From contig JABCYU010000002.1 in NCBI GenBank assembly GCA_013290045.1, forward strand, positions 1 to 47,430: a DNA stretch of 47,430 nt. Direction: 5' to 3'. This stretch comes from Methanobacteriota archaeon (lineage in GTDB: Archaea > Thermoplasmatota > Thermoplasmata > Lutacidiplasmatales > UBA184). The notes under the pieces are model-generated. The model searched no databases and was not told the DNA's origin. It saw nothing but the letters and a program-made list of their open reading frames with translations. A program made the translations under genes and the position numbers. The first letter of the stretch is position 1, and each line of letters starts with the position of its first letter. Of the stretch, positions 1 through 7,054 are shown one piece after another.

Positions 1-6
1 CACTCC

Positions 7-336
7 CTACCTCTGTACGACGTCGTTCCCCCTCGATCGGAGGAACGAGCCTAGGAGCCCGAGGTAGAACCGCTTGGTCTTCGGGCGTCGACCCATCGAC
101 GAGACGCAGCTGTAGAGATCGACCTCCGAGAACGTCCGAGGGGAAGCCGGGTTCGCGGCCCCCTCCATTCGCTCGCCGAACCGTGTCAGGAACCTGATCG
201 CTTCCTGGCCGTTCCGCCCGGCGTACTGTCCCCGTGTCCGTTGCTTCCACCCCACCCATTCGACCGCCTCTTCGTGCCACCGCCGAGCCACACCGGGCGC
301 GGCAAGCACCTCCTGGGTGGAGTCGAACGGGTCCAT
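7..336 (-). CDS. tyrosine-recombinase-like N-terminal (SAM-like/core-binding) domain protein; catalytic domain absent, so possibly a split or truncated integrase
   Basis: 109-aa ORF. The segment TFSEVDLYSCVSSMGRRPKTKRFYLGLLGSFLRSRGNDVV fits the N-terminal domain pattern of Xer/phage integrases. The ORF stops at TAG 7-9 before any R..HxxR..Y catalytic region. Confidence 0.4.
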   Translation of the reverse strand: MDPFDSTQEVLAAPGVARRWHEEAVEWVGWKQRTRGQYAGRNGQEAIRFLTRFGERMEGAANPASPRTFSEVDLYSCVSSMGRRPKTKRFYLGLLGSFLRSRGNDVVQR

Positions 337-591
337 CTACTTGGACCTCTCGGGCAAGGCGGGCGCGAGCTCGGGAATCAGGAAGGGGCTGCCGCGAGTG
401 GGTCCAGGCCAACCCATCTCCCTCCGGACGCGAGACATCGCCTCGCTGACCTGCCGGGGCCCCATGCCAGGGTGCTCCCGCCAGAGGTGGGGCCGTATCG
501 CCCCAGGAGTGGCGAAGGCCCGCTGGCAGAACGGGCACCGGCAGGGCAGGTTGCGGGTGAACCAGCTCCCGCGGCGGCTACGATTGCTCAT
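337..591 (-). CDS. C2H2 zinc-finger protein
   Basis: Contains CRCPFCQRAFATPGAIRPHLWREH (C-x2-C ... H-x4-H). It is a paralogue of the next gene and overlaps it by 4 nt. Confidence 0.8.
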   Translation of the reverse strand: MSNRSRRGSWFTRNLPCRCPFCQRAFATPGAIRPHLWREHPGMGPRQVSEAMSRVRREMGWPGPTRGSPFLIPELAPALPERSK

Positions 592-818
592 TGGATCTCC
601 AGAGTGGGCGAAAGCCGAGAGACACCCGCTCCGGTGGGCCAGCCCCTTTCTCGCCGCAATGAGTCGACGACCGCACGGATTTCACGTGGTCCCATGCCGG
701 AATGTTTCCGGCGGAGATGCGAAGTCAGCGTTCCGAACGACCCGAGTACTACGCCGCACTGTCCTATGGGGCAGGGGGCATTCAGTCGAACCGAGGGGAA
801 CCGTCGCCTGCGCGCCAC
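588..818 (-). CDS. C2H2-type zinc-finger protein (paralogue of 337..591)
   Basis: Contains CPIGQCGVVLGSFGTLTSHLRRKH. It shares the ...HL.R.H.GMGPR...RRE.GWP tail with 337..591. The GTG start overlaps the upstream TAG by 1 nt. Confidence 0.8.
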   Translation of the reverse strand: MARRRRFPSVRLNAPCPIGQCGVVLGSFGTLTSHLRRKHSGMGPREIRAVVDSLRRERGWPTGAGVSRLSPTLEIQ

Positions 819-970
819 TACCGGATCCTCCTGGATTTCCGCCTAGCCTTCTGCAACGACTGCGCACGGCGTTTGAGCTCGGCGCGACGCTGGTCGTCCT
901 CGATCCAGGCCACGGCGCGCTCCGTTCGAAGGGAGACGTCCTTGTCAAGTGGAACCCACACGAAGGTCAT
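818..970 (-). CDS. small basic hypothetical protein (50 aa)
   Basis: MTFVWVPLDKDVSLRTERAVAWIEDDQRRAELKRRAQ... The ATG overlaps the upstream stop as ATGA. This is the internal start of track ORF 818..1381. Confidence 0.5.
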   Translation of the reverse strand: MTFVWVPLDKDVSLRTERAVAWIEDDQRRAELKRRAQSLQKARRKSRRIR

Positions 971-1314
971 CGGAAGGCCTCCGTCAGGACGTAGACCGTC
1001 GTGCCGCGCCCGTGCGCCTCGCGATGCGTGCTTCGCCGACGGCCGACTGCGCGGATCATGTGCTCTCGGTGGAGGAAGTGGGCTGTGACGGCGCCGATGA
1101 GGTTCCGTGGGACGGACGGTCCGACGTCGCCCAGGGAGGCGATCACGTCTTCTGTGGCGAATCCCGCGTCGCCGACTCGCCGCCCTACGTTCAGGAAGGC
1201 GGTCTCCAGGAACCGCTTCCAGTCCGAGTGGCGCTCGAGCATCTCGGCTCGCGCCTGGACGAATTCTGGGCTCTCGGCGGTGAAGCTCTCGAGCGGAGGC
1301 ACCAACCCGTTCAT
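967..1314 (-). CDS. hypothetical protein (115 aa)
   Basis: Internal ATG (MNGLVPPLESFTAESPEFVQARAEMLERH...) of track ORF 967..1821. It has an ATGA overlap with the upstream gene and a protein-like composition. Confidence 0.65.
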   Translation of the reverse strand: MNGLVPPLESFTAESPEFVQARAEMLERHSDWKRFLETAFLNVGRRVGDAGFATEDVIASLGDVGPSVPRNLIGAVTAHFLHREHMIRAVGRRRSTHREAHGRGTTVYVLTEAFR

Positions 1315-1562
1315 GTCGGGACCTCGCGGATGACACGGGCCATCCAGCTGCTCCCGACGAGGAGCGCCTTCTCTCGACCACGAAGGCCGTGGACCCGGGA
1401 CAAGTGGTTGTCGAGACGGGTGCGTGCCCGGTTCCGCTCGTGATGCCCGTGGATTGGGTAGACCTTGGTCCAGTCGCCGAGCGGGCACGAGACAGTGATC
1501 AGCTCGCGGGTGTCGCCGGCGAGTTCCCTCATGACGTCGTCTCCTTTTTGCGAGAGGGGCAT
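1311..1562 (-). CDS. hypothetical protein (83 aa)
   Basis: MPLSQKGDDVMRELAGDTRELITVSCPLGDWTKVY... Hand-counted codon-position GC over 1501-1560 is about 70/40/80 %, a typical coding pattern. Confidence 0.65.
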   Translation of the reverse strand: MPLSQKGDDVMRELAGDTRELITVSCPLGDWTKVYPIHGHHERNRARTRLDNHLSRVHGLRGREKALLVGSSWMARVIREVPT

Positions 1563-1963
1563 TGTCGACACGTGTAGCGGATCGACCACCAGCCTGGACC
1601 CAGTCGACGAACGCGTTTCGGACGGAGTTCCCGTCGTTCCGCATCCAACCCTCGAAACGCGTTCTCGATCGCCTGCTGCCGGTCGCGCCCAGAGGCCTCG
1701 GTGTCGTGCCCGTTGGGGAGGAACCGGTGGGAGACCGAGATTCGCGCCGGTGCTCCAGAGATGACCGCCCTGGTCGAAGTGCCGAGCCTCGACCCCGAAG
1801 GCGTGGAGCTCGAGGGAACATTTCCAGCCGCAGGATGGACAGTAGGCCCTACAGAGATGAGGGTAGAGTCTGATCCCGGGAGGGTCGACCCAGATGAGGG
1901 GTCGCAGGACGACGGTGCCCTCTGGCACTGGCTGAACAAGTCCGGAAAGAGAGAGAGCGGCAC

Positions 1964-2304
1964 TCACGGAACCCCGTAAACGTCGGCGAGACAACTGGAG
2001 CAGAGATCTGGAGAGTGAGGCCCGGGCTCGAGGGGACCCTTGCAGCGCGAGCACTGAGTGGGTAGAACGCCACCCAGGGCGGGAGCGAAGGCGATCACGC
2101 GGGCAAAGCCTCCAAACTCGGCGAGGCAACCCGCGGCCCCATCGACGCGAAGAACTCGGCGTCGGCCTTCGAAACAAACAGCGCGACGACCTCGCCGTTC
2201 CATCGAGGGGACCAACTCCGCACACTCCAACACGATCCACGGAGGCCGAGGACGAACGACTGCTGAACCGAGAACGGACCCTCGGTCCCGTCCCCGTCTA
2301 CCAT
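1964..2304 (-). pseudogene. Zn-ribbon protein gene read in two frames (frameshift near 2130-2150, real or sequencing error)
   Basis: Frame of 2095..2304 (MVDGDG...NGEVVALFVSKADAEFFASMG) has hand-counted GC3 ~79 %. Frame of 1964..2377 from ~2140 down (AAGCLAEFGGFARVIAF...CSRCKGPLEPGPHSPDLCSSCLADVYG) has ~69 %. The switch lies at the ATGGGGCCGCGGG run. Confidence 0.4.
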
Positions 2305-2450
2305 CAGAGCACCCCAAGGACGATGAGGCCGATCGCGAAACCAAGCAGGACCCCGGCCAGGACAGTGAACACCACAATCCGGATATCGGCTGGTCGGGCG
2401 ACCGACTCCTCAGGAATGCACGCCGGGATCTCCGCGCTCCAGTCGTTCAT
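2304..2450 (-). CDS. small single-pass membrane protein (48 aa)
   Basis: MNDWSAEIP...IRIVVFTVLAGVLLGFAIGLIVLGVL. Both ends overlap neighbouring genes (ATGA). Confidence 0.6.
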   Translation of the reverse strand: MNDWSAEIPACIPEESVARPADIRIVVFTVLAGVLLGFAIGLIVLGVL

Positions 2451-2728
2451 GCGGTGACCTCCTCGACGACCTCTGACCACCCGCATTGGCTCGCATCACG
2501 GCATGCCAGAAGCTGCCCCTCGAACCGGAGGCGGACCGGTCCCTCGCACGTCGGACAGGTCTCGTGCTTCGGCAGCATCCGGAGCGGGAACAGTTTGGCC
2601 GGGTGCGCCTTCTGGGTCGGTTGTCCGTGGAGCTGAATGTGACCGCGGCAGTAGGGCTGACCGCTGATCTCGCATCGGCCGACGGCCAGATTGCCGCAAT
2701 CCTCGACCCGGCAGGTGTCGGCCTTCAT
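2447..2728 (-). CDS. Cys-rich Zn-ribbon protein (93 aa)
   Basis: MKADTCRVEDCGNLAVGRCEISGQPYCRGH...CPTCEGPV...C. This is an internal ATG with an ATGA overlap to the upstream gene. Confidence 0.7.
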   Translation of the reverse strand: MKADTCRVEDCGNLAVGRCEISGQPYCRGHIQLHGQPTQKAHPAKLFPLRMLPKHETCPTCEGPVRLRFEGQLLACRDASQCGWSEVVEEVTA

Positions 2729-3018
2729 CGGTCCTCCGTCCACGAGAACGCACCCTGGTGGTCCACCCGGTTGCAGTTCTCGAGCGTGCAGGGGTAGTCC
2801 TGGCCGTCGAGCGTGATGTGCCGCCCGCATGGGCCGGCAGGCGTGGCGTCGGCCGCCTTCCCGATCTGTGCTTCGAAATCTCCGGGCGAAAGGGAGGAAA
2901 ACTCCCAGGACCGAGCACCGGACCGGGTCAGTCCCTCGACGAACTCAGAGAACCGGATCCGAGCGTCGTCGGAGAACCTCACGGTGATCTCCTGGACGAC
3001 GCCCGGGGCCTCGTTCAA
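2725..3018 (-). CDS. hypothetical protein (97 aa)
   Basis: MNEAPGVVQEITVRFSDDARIRFSEFVEGL... It appears to be the first gene of the coupled minus-strand chain. Confidence 0.7.
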   Translation of the reverse strand: MNEAPGVVQEITVRFSDDARIRFSEFVEGLTRSGARSWEFSSLSPGDFEAQIGKAADATPAGPCGRHITLDGQDYPCTLENCNRVDHQGAFSWTEDR

Positions 3019-3076
3019 GTGAGGTTCCCCGTGGCCCCCGGACGGTCACTTCGGCTTGGCTGGGGTTGGGAAGCCC

Positions 3077-3271
3077 TCATGCGGGGAGCTCCCCGGGGAG
3101 GGGTAGACCCGCCTTACGTCGAATCAGGTGGTCCCACGATTCATCCCCTCCGAGGAGCTTCTGCCTCTGAAGTTCCCGCTTAGTCTCTATGGAGACAGGG
3201 ATCGTCGAATCCTTGCGAACTCGGGGACCTTCCATGACGTGCTGCGGAATCCCATAACCTTCCACCGTCAT
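3077..3271 (-). CDS. small antitoxin-like/DNA-binding protein (resembles archaeal COG1753/UPF0330 VapB-like antitoxins)
   Basis: STIPVSIETKRELQRQKLLGGDESWDHLIRR matches the KxIxVSxExYexLxxxKxxgESFSDvIxRL-type pattern. The start could instead be the ATG at 3235. Confidence 0.55.
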   Translation of the reverse strand: MTVEGYGIPQHVMEGPRVRKDSTIPVSIETKRELQRQKLLGGDESWDHLIRRKAGLPLPGELPA

Positions 3272-3303
3272 ATACCCTTTGATAGGACGCGCACTTCCGG
3301 AGT

Positions 3304-3510
3304 GTGACCGGCGCCAAGCGCACTTCCACCCCCTACGAGAGGGTCAGCATGACCATCCCGATGGGCCTCTACGAAGAGATGGTAGCCATTCTCGAATCTG
3401 AACGTCGGTGGGCTGACCGAGTGGATTTCATCCGGGAAGCGATCAAGGAAAAGGTTGAGCGCTGGAACCGAGAGCACCCCCTCGGCACGAGGAAACCCCC
3501 TCAACGTTGA
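3304..3510 (+). CDS. ribbon-helix-helix (CopG/MetJ-like) transcription regulator
   Basis: ERVSMTIPMGLYEEMVAILESERRWADRVDFIREAIKEKV shows a beta-strand then two-helix pattern. GTG start. Divergent from 3077..3271. Confidence 0.75.
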   Translation: MTGAKRTSTPYERVSMTIPMGLYEEMVAILESERRWADRVDFIREAIKEKVERWNREHPLGTRKPPQR

Positions 3511-3713
3511 ACTAGCGGAGGGGGCATCAACCCCATCACTTCCCGAAATTCCTTGTTCTTTCGATCGCCGGTTTCCTTGAGCAGCTGTCTCGCGAAAATT
3601 CTGATCTCGTCTGAGGCCGGTCGACCTACTCGGTCCAATTCCTCGAGATAGTTGTACACCGCGAGCGCGCTCTCTCTAGCTCCGTCCCAGAACTCCTTGT
3701 CGAAGCGGTTCAT
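3501..3713 (-). CDS. hypothetical protein (70 aa)
   Basis: MNRFDKEFWDGARESALAVYNYLEELDRVGRP... The ATG is preceded by GGAGGG. Confidence 0.6.
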   Translation of the reverse strand: MNRFDKEFWDGARESALAVYNYLEELDRVGRPASDEIRIFARQLLKETGDRKNKEFREVMGLMPPPLVQR

Positions 3714-3803
3714 CGAACCCTCCGAACCTCCGAGACTGACCTCAGGTATCAATCGGGAGGAGACCCAATGAAACGCTAGGAGCCGAAACCGACCATCTAC
3801 TCG

Positions 3804-4469
3804 CTAGTTTTCGGTGACTGCAGTTACCTCAAGGGTATAGATTCCGGGAGATGTAGGCGCCTCAATGAGCAGGTTGAAGGGAATCGTCCCGCCGCCTTGT
3901 ATCGTCACGTTCTGGTCGCACGGGGCGTGGTAACCCACGCAGAACGTCTTCAGCACGAATCCCGGGCTCACTCCAAAGTAGTCGATGACGTGCGATGTCA
4001 TTGTCGGATTCGCGATGGTCACGTCCCAGTTGAAATTGCCTCCCGACCCGTAGGAAAAATAGCCGGTTGAAGGTGCAACGCAAATCCCAGTGTTGCCGCA
4101 GAAAGGTTCCTGGCTGGGACCGAAGTACCCCTTAGCTGAGCCCGCGTAGTCCATCGTAAGTTGCCCGGGGTAGACCTGGTCGACGGAGGGCGGGTTCTGC
4201 GACGCCGGTGGGCTGCCGCCTGCACTCGGATTTGGACTCGCGGCCGCGTGAACAAAGAAGGGATAGAGCACGGCGCCGAGGAGTACCGCCACCACCCCAG
4301 CCAAGGCGACCAAAGCCACCAGTCCCGACCAGCGAGTGTTCGATCGGGTTCCACCGGAATAGGACGATGGACGTGCGGCGTGGCGCACCTGGAAACCGCA
4401 CGAGGGGCAGAAGCGAGTGGGCGATGGAGCTGGGCCACCGCACCTTGGGCAAAGTCCGTCGTAGGTCAC
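3804..4469 (-). CDS. membrane protein with an N-terminal double zinc ribbon and an extracellular C-terminal domain
   Basis: CPRCGG...CPSCG, then TM WSGLVALVALAGVVAVLLGAVLY, then a Gly/Ser-rich beta-type domain with sequons. The GTG start lies ~27 nt downstream of an AATATA box on this strand, so the transcript may be near-leaderless. Confidence 0.8.
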   Translation of the reverse strand: MTYDGLCPRCGGPAPSPTRFCPSCGFQVRHAARPSSYSGGTRSNTRWSGLVALVALAGVVAVLLGAVLYPFFVHAAASPNPSAGGSPPASQNPPSVDQVYPGQLTMDYAGSAKGYFGPSQEPFCGNTGICVAPSTGYFSYGSGGNFNWDVTIANPTMTSHVIDYFGVSPGFVLKTFCVGYHAPCDQNVTIQGGGTIPFNLLIEAPTSPGIYTLEVTAVTEN

Positions 4470-4492
4470 TTCCAGTTATGCCCCCGCTCCAT

Positions 4493-4508
4493 CGCGTATA
4501 TTCACATA
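4493..4508 (+). promoter_or_regulatory. TATA-box-containing promoter motif CGCGTATATTCACATA (copy 1)
   Basis: This 16-mer is identical to 13770..13785. It lies in the only AT-richer gap between divergent genes 3804..4469(-) and 4683..5252(+). Confidence 0.6.
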
Positions 4509-4520
4509 GGTGTTTGAACT

Positions 4521-4548
4521 TACCGAAAACGGGAAAGGCGGGCGGACG
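4521..4548. promoter_or_regulatory. perfect 10-bp inverted repeat GGGAAAGGCG-n8-CGCCTTTCCC at the expected transcription start of the plus-strand operon
   Basis: Read directly from the sequence. The arms are 4521-4530 and 4539-4548. The repeat begins ~19 nt after the TATATT box. Confidence 0.5.
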
Positions 4549-4682
4549 CGCCTTTCCCACCGCTCGCCTTTGCCCCGGGAACGGAAAGCGGTGGGAAGCG
4601 CGGCAAGGTTCTACAGATCGCCCTCAGGCGAGTCAAGAATCGTTCCCCCCTCGTACTCTACTATTAAGCCCGGTACTGATAA

Positions 4683-5252
4683 GTGACGCGCTCGCGGCTT
4701 CTCCGCCTCGGCCGGGTCAACGTCACCCGATGGTGCGATGCTCCGGAACCGGAGCACGAGGCCTACGTCACCCGGCTCTGGAACGGGGTGGTCCAGACAA
4801 ACCCTGACGGTACGCAGGAGGAGCGCGGCGGGATCAAGTACGTCGCCGATGCCAAGGGGCTGAGCGAGCAGGTCGTCCACATCTGGATGGATTTCGTCAG
4901 CTCGGGGCGCCGACCCCCGAGCATCCCCCGCCGATCGCAGGACCTGCTCCTCGAGCTCGCGAAGAAGGGAGGCATCGACCTCAGCCCCCGGCCCACCTAC
5001 GACATTCCGGCCAAACCCGGGTCCCCCTACGAACCGGCATTCCGCGTCTACACTCGGCTCCGAGCGGTTCTGGCCGTGGCCTCCCTCGCGCTGTGCGGGT
5101 TCCTCGCGGTCTCCTTCCTCGTCCCCCTCCCGTTCCCCACCGTCCCGATCGACCTCCCGGCCCTCGTGTCCTTCGTTGGGATCATCGTCCTCGCCGAGGT
5201 GTTCATCCTTTCCGACCAGAACGCGACGGTCCGGTTGGGGGCGGCCCACTGA
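4683..5252 (+). CDS. membrane protein, cytoplasmic N-domain plus 2 TM segments
   Basis: GTG start. The C-terminal half LRAVLAVASLALCGFLAVSFLVPLP...LVSFVGIIVLAEVFIL is hydrophobic. First gene of the plus-strand block. Confidence 0.75.
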   Translation: MTRSRLLRLGRVNVTRWCDAPEPEHEAYVTRLWNGVVQTNPDGTQEERGGIKYVADAKGLSEQVVHIWMDFVSSGRRPPSIPRRSQDLLLELAKKGGIDLSPRPTYDIPAKPGSPYEPAFRVYTRLRAVLAVASLALCGFLAVSFLVPLPFPTVPIDLPALVSFVGIIVLAEVFILSDQNATVRLGAAH

Positions 5253-7054
5253 TGCCCGGCCACACCGAGAATCTGTTCCCCTCTCGAAAAAAGAGCCGAA
5301 AGGCCTTGACCCCATTCGCCTCCGACGAAGAGTTCGTCAACTACGTCAACACGGGAGCGGTGTTCCCGGTCGGTTTCCATAAGCCGGGGGCGCCGGTAGG
5401 CCGGGACGGCGTGTTCCCGGATGCCACTCGTCTGCGGGTCGTCAAATCGAGGCCCGATCGATTCATCGCAGACGGCCGCGCAACGATCCCCGCGCCTGAG
5501 GACTTCGTCCGGGCGTTGCACGCCCGTATGCTCTGGGTGCAGTACGACGTCAGTCATCCCGACTCAGTGAGCATCTGCTGGGACCCAAGGTTTCGACGAG
5601 CCCGACTCCCCAGCGGTTTCGCCGCTGGCGCCACCGCGTCGATTGTCGCCCTCCTTTTCCTCCTCACGCTCCTACTGCCGCTGGCCGGAGCCAACGGGGT
5701 GACCCCGATCCCCCCGAACGCTGCTTCGACCCCCGCCCGCCAAGCAATTGCAGCGACCTCGCCTGGGGAAAGCGCCTACGTCGAGAGCTTCCTGCTTTCT
5801 CAGAAGCTGGTTCCCCAGTCTGTCCTCGCGTGCGCCGGAGCCTGCAGGGACCTCACCACGGGCTTTGCGAATGTTTCCGTCCCGACCAACTACCTCGGGT
5901 CCGGCTCGATCATCGAAGGTGCGGGAAACTATTGGATCAACGTCACGTCTGGTTGCGGCGGGAGCTGCCCCGCGTACTCGCTGACGTGCAACTCGGTCTC
6001 GTTCAACCCGACGGCCGGGCAGAGCCCGTGCTACGCCTCCGCGGTCAATTTCAACGGTGCCCAGGTCACGACCGTTCCGCAGTACAACGTCACCCGATTG
6101 GTGACCTACGCGATCCCCGAGGCGGCCTCGTGGATAGGGTCGTACAGTGGGGCTTCGCTCACGTCGTCCGTCACCTCGTTCAAGCCCGACGTCTTCACCT
6201 TCGGAGCTCCCGGCAAGCTGCTGGGGTACGACGTCCTAGCGATCTCCTGGGCCGTCCCGATGCCCTCCGGGACATTCGTCGCCTCGAAGACCACAGTCGA
6301 GTTCCTGAACACCAGCACCTTCCTCACCGGCGGGTCCCAATTCCTCCTGGGCTCGCAGTGGATCCTCATCCAGTGGGCACGGCTTCCCGTCCCAAGCTGT
6401 GTCACCTGCGACGTGCCCTACAGCCACGCGGAGGTCCAGAACTACCTATTCAACCTCTACTACGCGATTCCCCCACCGACGGCGGGGAATGGGATCCTTC
6501 CGCCGCCCTCGGTCAACTCAACCATCCCCCCCGGAATCATCCCGGGGCAGATCCCCGGGTTCGCCCCGATCGTGCTCGTCCTTTCGACTCCGCAGCAGAC
6601 CTCCCCGAACAACTGGAGCGAGGTCTTGGCGTGGCTGAACTACAACTGGTACGTCTCGGTGAGCGGGTTCGAGGTGGTATCGAGCTGGTTCGTCAAGGCC
6701 TCCAACGTCACCCTGTCCATCAATGGGGTCCCCCTTCCCAAGACCTCGTACACCGTCTCGAAAACCACGCTCTACGTCTACCCCGGTACGGTCTCAGTAG
6801 TGAACGGGACCTACGTCGCTCTAGGAGTCACCTTCCACTACTCCCCCAGCTTCGACCCGCTCGCGCCGGTAGGGGTCGTCGACGGGCTCCCAGTCACGCC
6901 GGGAGGAGTGATCGTGGCACTCGCCGTCGTCGCCACGATCCTGCTCGGCTACCGTGAGATCACTGACCCGGAGTTTCGGAAGTCCGGGAAAGCCAGCGCC
7001 GCCCTGGGGTCGCTGATGATGGGCCTGTTCGCCCTGGTGGTGCTCTACCTGTGA
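5252..7054 (+). CDS. large membrane-anchored, sequon-rich surface protein (600 aa)
   Basis: The ATG overlaps the upstream stop (TGATG). N-terminal TM IVALLFLLTLLLPLAGA and C-terminal TMs (VIVALAVVATILLGY, LGSLMMGLFALVVLYL). At least 8 N-x-S/T sites (NVS, NVT, NTS, NST, NWS, NGT). Confidence 0.85.
   Translation: MPGHTENLFPSRKKSRKALTPFASDEEFVNYVNTGAVFPVGFHKPGAPVGRDGVFPDATRLRVVKSRPDRFIADGRATIPAPEDFVRALHARMLWVQYDVSHPDSVSICWDPRFRRARLPSGFAAGATASIVALLFLLTLLLPLAGANGVTPIPPNAASTPARQAIAATSPGESAYVESFLLSQKLVPQSVLACAGACRDLTTGFANVSVPTNYLGSGSIIEGAGNYWINVTSGCGGSCPAYSLTCNSVSFNPTAGQSPCYASAVNFNGAQVTTVPQYNVTRLVTYAIPEAASWIGSYSGASLTSSVTSFKPDVFTFGAPGKLLGYDVLAISWAVPMPSGTFVASKTTVEFLNTSTFLTGGSQFLLGSQWILIQWARLPVPSCVTCDVPYSHAEVQNYLFNLYYAIPPPTAGNGILPPPSVNSTIPPGIIPGQIPGFAPIVLVLSTPQQTSPNNWSEVLAWLNYNWYVSVSGFEVVSSWFVKASNVTLSINGVPLPKTSYTVSKTTLYVYPGTVSVVNGTYVALGVTFHYSPSFDPLAPVGVVDGLPVTPGGVIVALAVVATILLGYREITDPEFRKSGKASAALGSLMMGLFALVVLYL

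Noticed and set aside
1563-1963. Coding assignment between 1563 and 1963. Three minus frames and plus ORF 1562..1873 all look partly protein-like (CPSCGW motif in one frame, FEGWMRNDGNSVRNAFVDW in another).
   Set aside because: Hand-counted codon-position GC does not single out one frame, and the best third-position signal is shared by a plus frame and its mirror. The region may hold decayed or frameshifted genes, so I did not commit to a CDS.
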